Source: Planctomycetota bacterium (lineage in GTDB: Bacteria > Planctomycetota > UBA8108 > SXIK01). Taken from it: a stretch of 64,000 nucleotides of DNA. The translations under genes and the position numbers were made by a program. The stretch spans positions 7,552,001-7,616,000 of the forward strand of contig OZ244999.1 in the NCBI GenBank assembly GCA_965223265.1, in the 5' to 3' direction. The notes beneath the pieces were generated by a model. The model did not search any database and was not told where the DNA came from. It worked only from the letters and a program-made list of their open reading frames with translations. Every line of letters starts with the position of its first letter. Within the stretch, counting starts at the first letter, position 1. This document shows positions 61,999 through 64,000 of the stretch, piece after piece.

Positions 61999-63345
61999 TC
62001 AGGCCGCGATCTTCATCTCGCCGAGTATTTGCTCATGAGCGCCCCAGAACGAATCCCACCGTCGACTCAAGACGGCGCAACGTAGATTCAAGATCTGCTG
62101 ACCGCCGCGAGAGGACCACCGCATGCCGGATCGTTTGAGACGGTGTCCGACGACGGTCTTGCACGCAGCTTCGACGACACCGCTGCCAATCGGCAGTCCC
62201 TTGGTGAGATAGGTCGAGTAGCGCATGTGTTCACGGTTTCGGTCGTAGTATCGTTCGGTTTCGTGAAGAGTCTTCGCTCGTTTCCCTGACGTGATACCTC
62301 GCCGCGTGCGACGGTTGCGTAGGGACTGAAGTACGCGTTCGACCCCGTCCTTCTGCTCGAGAAGCTTCGCACGTTGCTCTCGGAACCACGTTGTCGCTTC
62401 CGGGTTCCCGGGACCAAACAGAGCTTCGGAAGCTTCGCGCAGCTTCTCGGCAGCGTGAAAGAAATCGAGGATGCCTGTGGCGCGCTTGAGGATCGGATGC
62501 TCAGACTGATACGTCCAGTTCGAGAGCGCTCCGTCGGCGAGAAAGACCAACTTCGCGCCCCGAGGAAGGCTGCCCTTGACAGCTCGGACCTCTCGGTCGA
62601 GCTTCTCGTTCAAACCTTCCACGCTTCCATCGGGCATTTCAGCGACGTACTTTGTTGAGAGTCGTTCACCAGCTTTGTCGTAGAGCGCAATCGTGCCGAC
62701 CTCCGCCTGACGCCAGCCCTCGCCGCGAACGTTCACCATGGTGCCGTCTCGACTCACGGCGGCGACCTTAGCCGACTCGGCTTCGTCTTCGGTGGACACA
62801 GCGTGCTCGAAATAGATCTCAGAGAGATCCTCTCCTAGCTCGCCGACTTCGCTTGCTACGTGCTTGATCACCGTCGCGCATGGACGAAGAAAGTGCCAGC
62901 GCCGACAGAACTCTTCGACTTCCGCGGGGACTGACAATGCCGTCGAGTAGCTCACGAATTCGGCGGCCAGCGGTGTCATGCCGTGGTGCAAAATGCCTGC
63001 ATTGCGCTCCAACGGACACATGGTGCGAGCCCTCGCCCCGTTGGCCTGATAGACCGTCCGCTTCACTTCGATTTTCCCAAGAAAGCACTGATACTCCTTG
63101 GGGCCGCGGTACTTGCGGTAGTGCCGTTCGCCATCGATGTCGAGGTGCGGTTCGTCAACGTCGCTCTCTTCAAGAACCGTCCGTTCGATCGTTCGCCCAA
63201 GCTCCCCGAGCTGTTCGAACAGCGACCGCTCGAAAGCCGACAATGACCGCGGGCTCAAGCCCGCCGACTCGAAATCCCCGAGCGTTTCACAGAGCTGACG
63301 CTTGAACTCTCCAAGCAAATCGTCGATCTTCTCCAGCATTGTCAT
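61999..63345 (-). CDS. ISKra4-family DDE transposase
   Basis: SRDG, LADGA, LDFFHA, PIGSGVVEAACK..RLKRSGMRWS. Confidence 0.93.
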   Translation of the reverse strand: MTMLEKIDDLLGEFKRQLCETLGDFESAGLSPRSLSAFERSLFEQLGELGRTIERTVLEESDVDEPHLDIDGERHYRKYRGPKEYQCFLGKIEVKRTVYQANGARARTMCPLERNAGILHHGMTPLAAEFVSYSTALSVPAEVEEFCRRWHFLRPCATVIKHVASEVGELGEDLSEIYFEHAVSTEDEAESAKVAAVSRDGTMVNVRGEGWRQAEVGTIALYDKAGERLSTKYVAEMPDGSVEGLNEKLDREVRAVKGSLPRGAKLVFLADGALSNWTYQSEHPILKRATGILDFFHAAEKLREASEALFGPGNPEATTWFREQRAKLLEQKDGVERVLQSLRNRRTRRGITSGKRAKTLHETERYYDRNREHMRYSTYLTKGLPIGSGVVEAACKTVVGHRLKRSGMRWSSRGGQQILNLRCAVLSRRWDSFWGAHEQILGEMKIAA

Positions 63346-63393
63346 GTCCTTTCTCTTCACTGACTTTCCAATTCGAAGAGAAAGGACTTTTTT
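63346..63393 (+). terminator. 13-bp hairpin plus T6; intrinsic terminator on the + strand, RBS-sequestering stem on the - strand
   Basis: GTCCTTTCTCTTC-N16-GAAGAGAAAGGAC-TTTTTT. Confidence 0.7.
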
Positions 63394-63498
63394 CGTGCCG
63401 TGTCAAGCTGCTACGCCTTCGTAAATCCCTACGAAACCGACGTTATGCGACATCTGCACCCGTGTTCGTCCTGAAACGATGCGGACTCGCTAACCTTC

Positions 63499-64000
63499 CT
63501 ACTGCTCCGAGAGGGGGGTGTGTGCTGCCGTCATCAGCGCGTCGAGCTCGCGGGTGACATCTGGAAACTGCTGCGCCACGTTCATCGACTCAGAGAGATC
63601 GACGGAAAGATCGTAAAGCTCAACGTCATAGCGCTCCTGCCGCGGCCGTGGTAGGCGAACGGCCTTCCACTTGCCGCGCCGCACCGCACGAACTTCCGCA
63701 TCACGGAACTGCCAGTAGAGATAGTCGTGGGAGCGCTGATCAGCGGTGCGCCCAACAAGCGTCGGCAGCATGGAGAAGCCGTCGTTAGGTGGTGCGGCCA
63801 CACCACTCACGTCGCACAGAGTCGCGAGCATATCGACAAAACCAGAGAGATGGTCGCTCACTGAAGCAGCAGGAATCTTGCCGGGCCAACGCGCGATCAG
63901 CGGCACACGGATGCCACCCTCGTAGAGATCCCGCTTAAAGCCGCGAAGCGGACCGTTCGAGTCAAAAAACGACACGCGGTGCCCGCCCTCTTGATGCGGA
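63499..64000 (-). CDS. arylsulfatase, C-terminal part (runs off the window edge)
   Basis: [40 protein letters not shown]. Confidence 0.92.
   Translation of the reverse strand, partial: PHQEGGHRVSFFDSNGPLRGFKRDLYEGGIRVPLIARWPGKIPAASVSDHLSGFVDMLATLCDVSGVAAPPNDGFSMLPTLVGRTADQRSHDYLYWQFRDAEVRAVRRGKWKAVRLPRPRQERYDVELYDLSVDLSESMNVAQQFPDVTRELDALMTAAHTPLSEQ

Larger units (their letters stand above)
61974..63461 (-). mobile_element. complete ISKra4-family insertion sequence (1488 bp)
   Basis: 21-bp imperfect inverted repeats GGGTGCAG-N5-GCATAACG at both ends; 8-bp direct repeat GTGTTCGT at 61966-61973 and 63462-63469. Confidence 0.92.

Overview
GC-rich bacterial window, most likely from a Planctomycetota genome. 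The evidence is two DUF1553/DUF1501 gene pairs, planctomycete cytochrome c domains, sulfatases, a PQQ-like propeller and many planctomycete-type dockerin-like domains. It holds about 40 CDS, mostly envelope and catabolic genes. Main points: (1) Six predicted secreted proteins carry dockerin-like EF-hand modules. Four are clustered at 45.9-53.5 kb, and one of these has two cohesin-like domains plus a dockerin, which suggests a non-cellulosomal cohesin-dockerin assembly with nuclease, CotH-kinase, FGE-fold, propeller and beta-helix cargo. (2) Two genes are split in the ORF track by an in-frame TGA at a redox Cys position and are probable selenoproteins: an AhpD/CMD protein (CxxU, with a SECIS-like hairpin and an ATGA overlap with an MBL hydrolase) and an exported TlpA-like protein (UxxC). 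(3) A 1818-aa kinase-ATPase-TPR-GAF-sigma54 activator fusion. (4) An i-type (destabilase-like) lysozyme. (5) A complete ISKra4-family element with terminal inverted repeats and an 8-bp target duplication, a 167-bp palindromic MITE-like element, a 115-bp tandem array of GTAG-REP hairpins, and a 12-bp microsatellite. All assignments come from reading motifs by eye; no searches were run.
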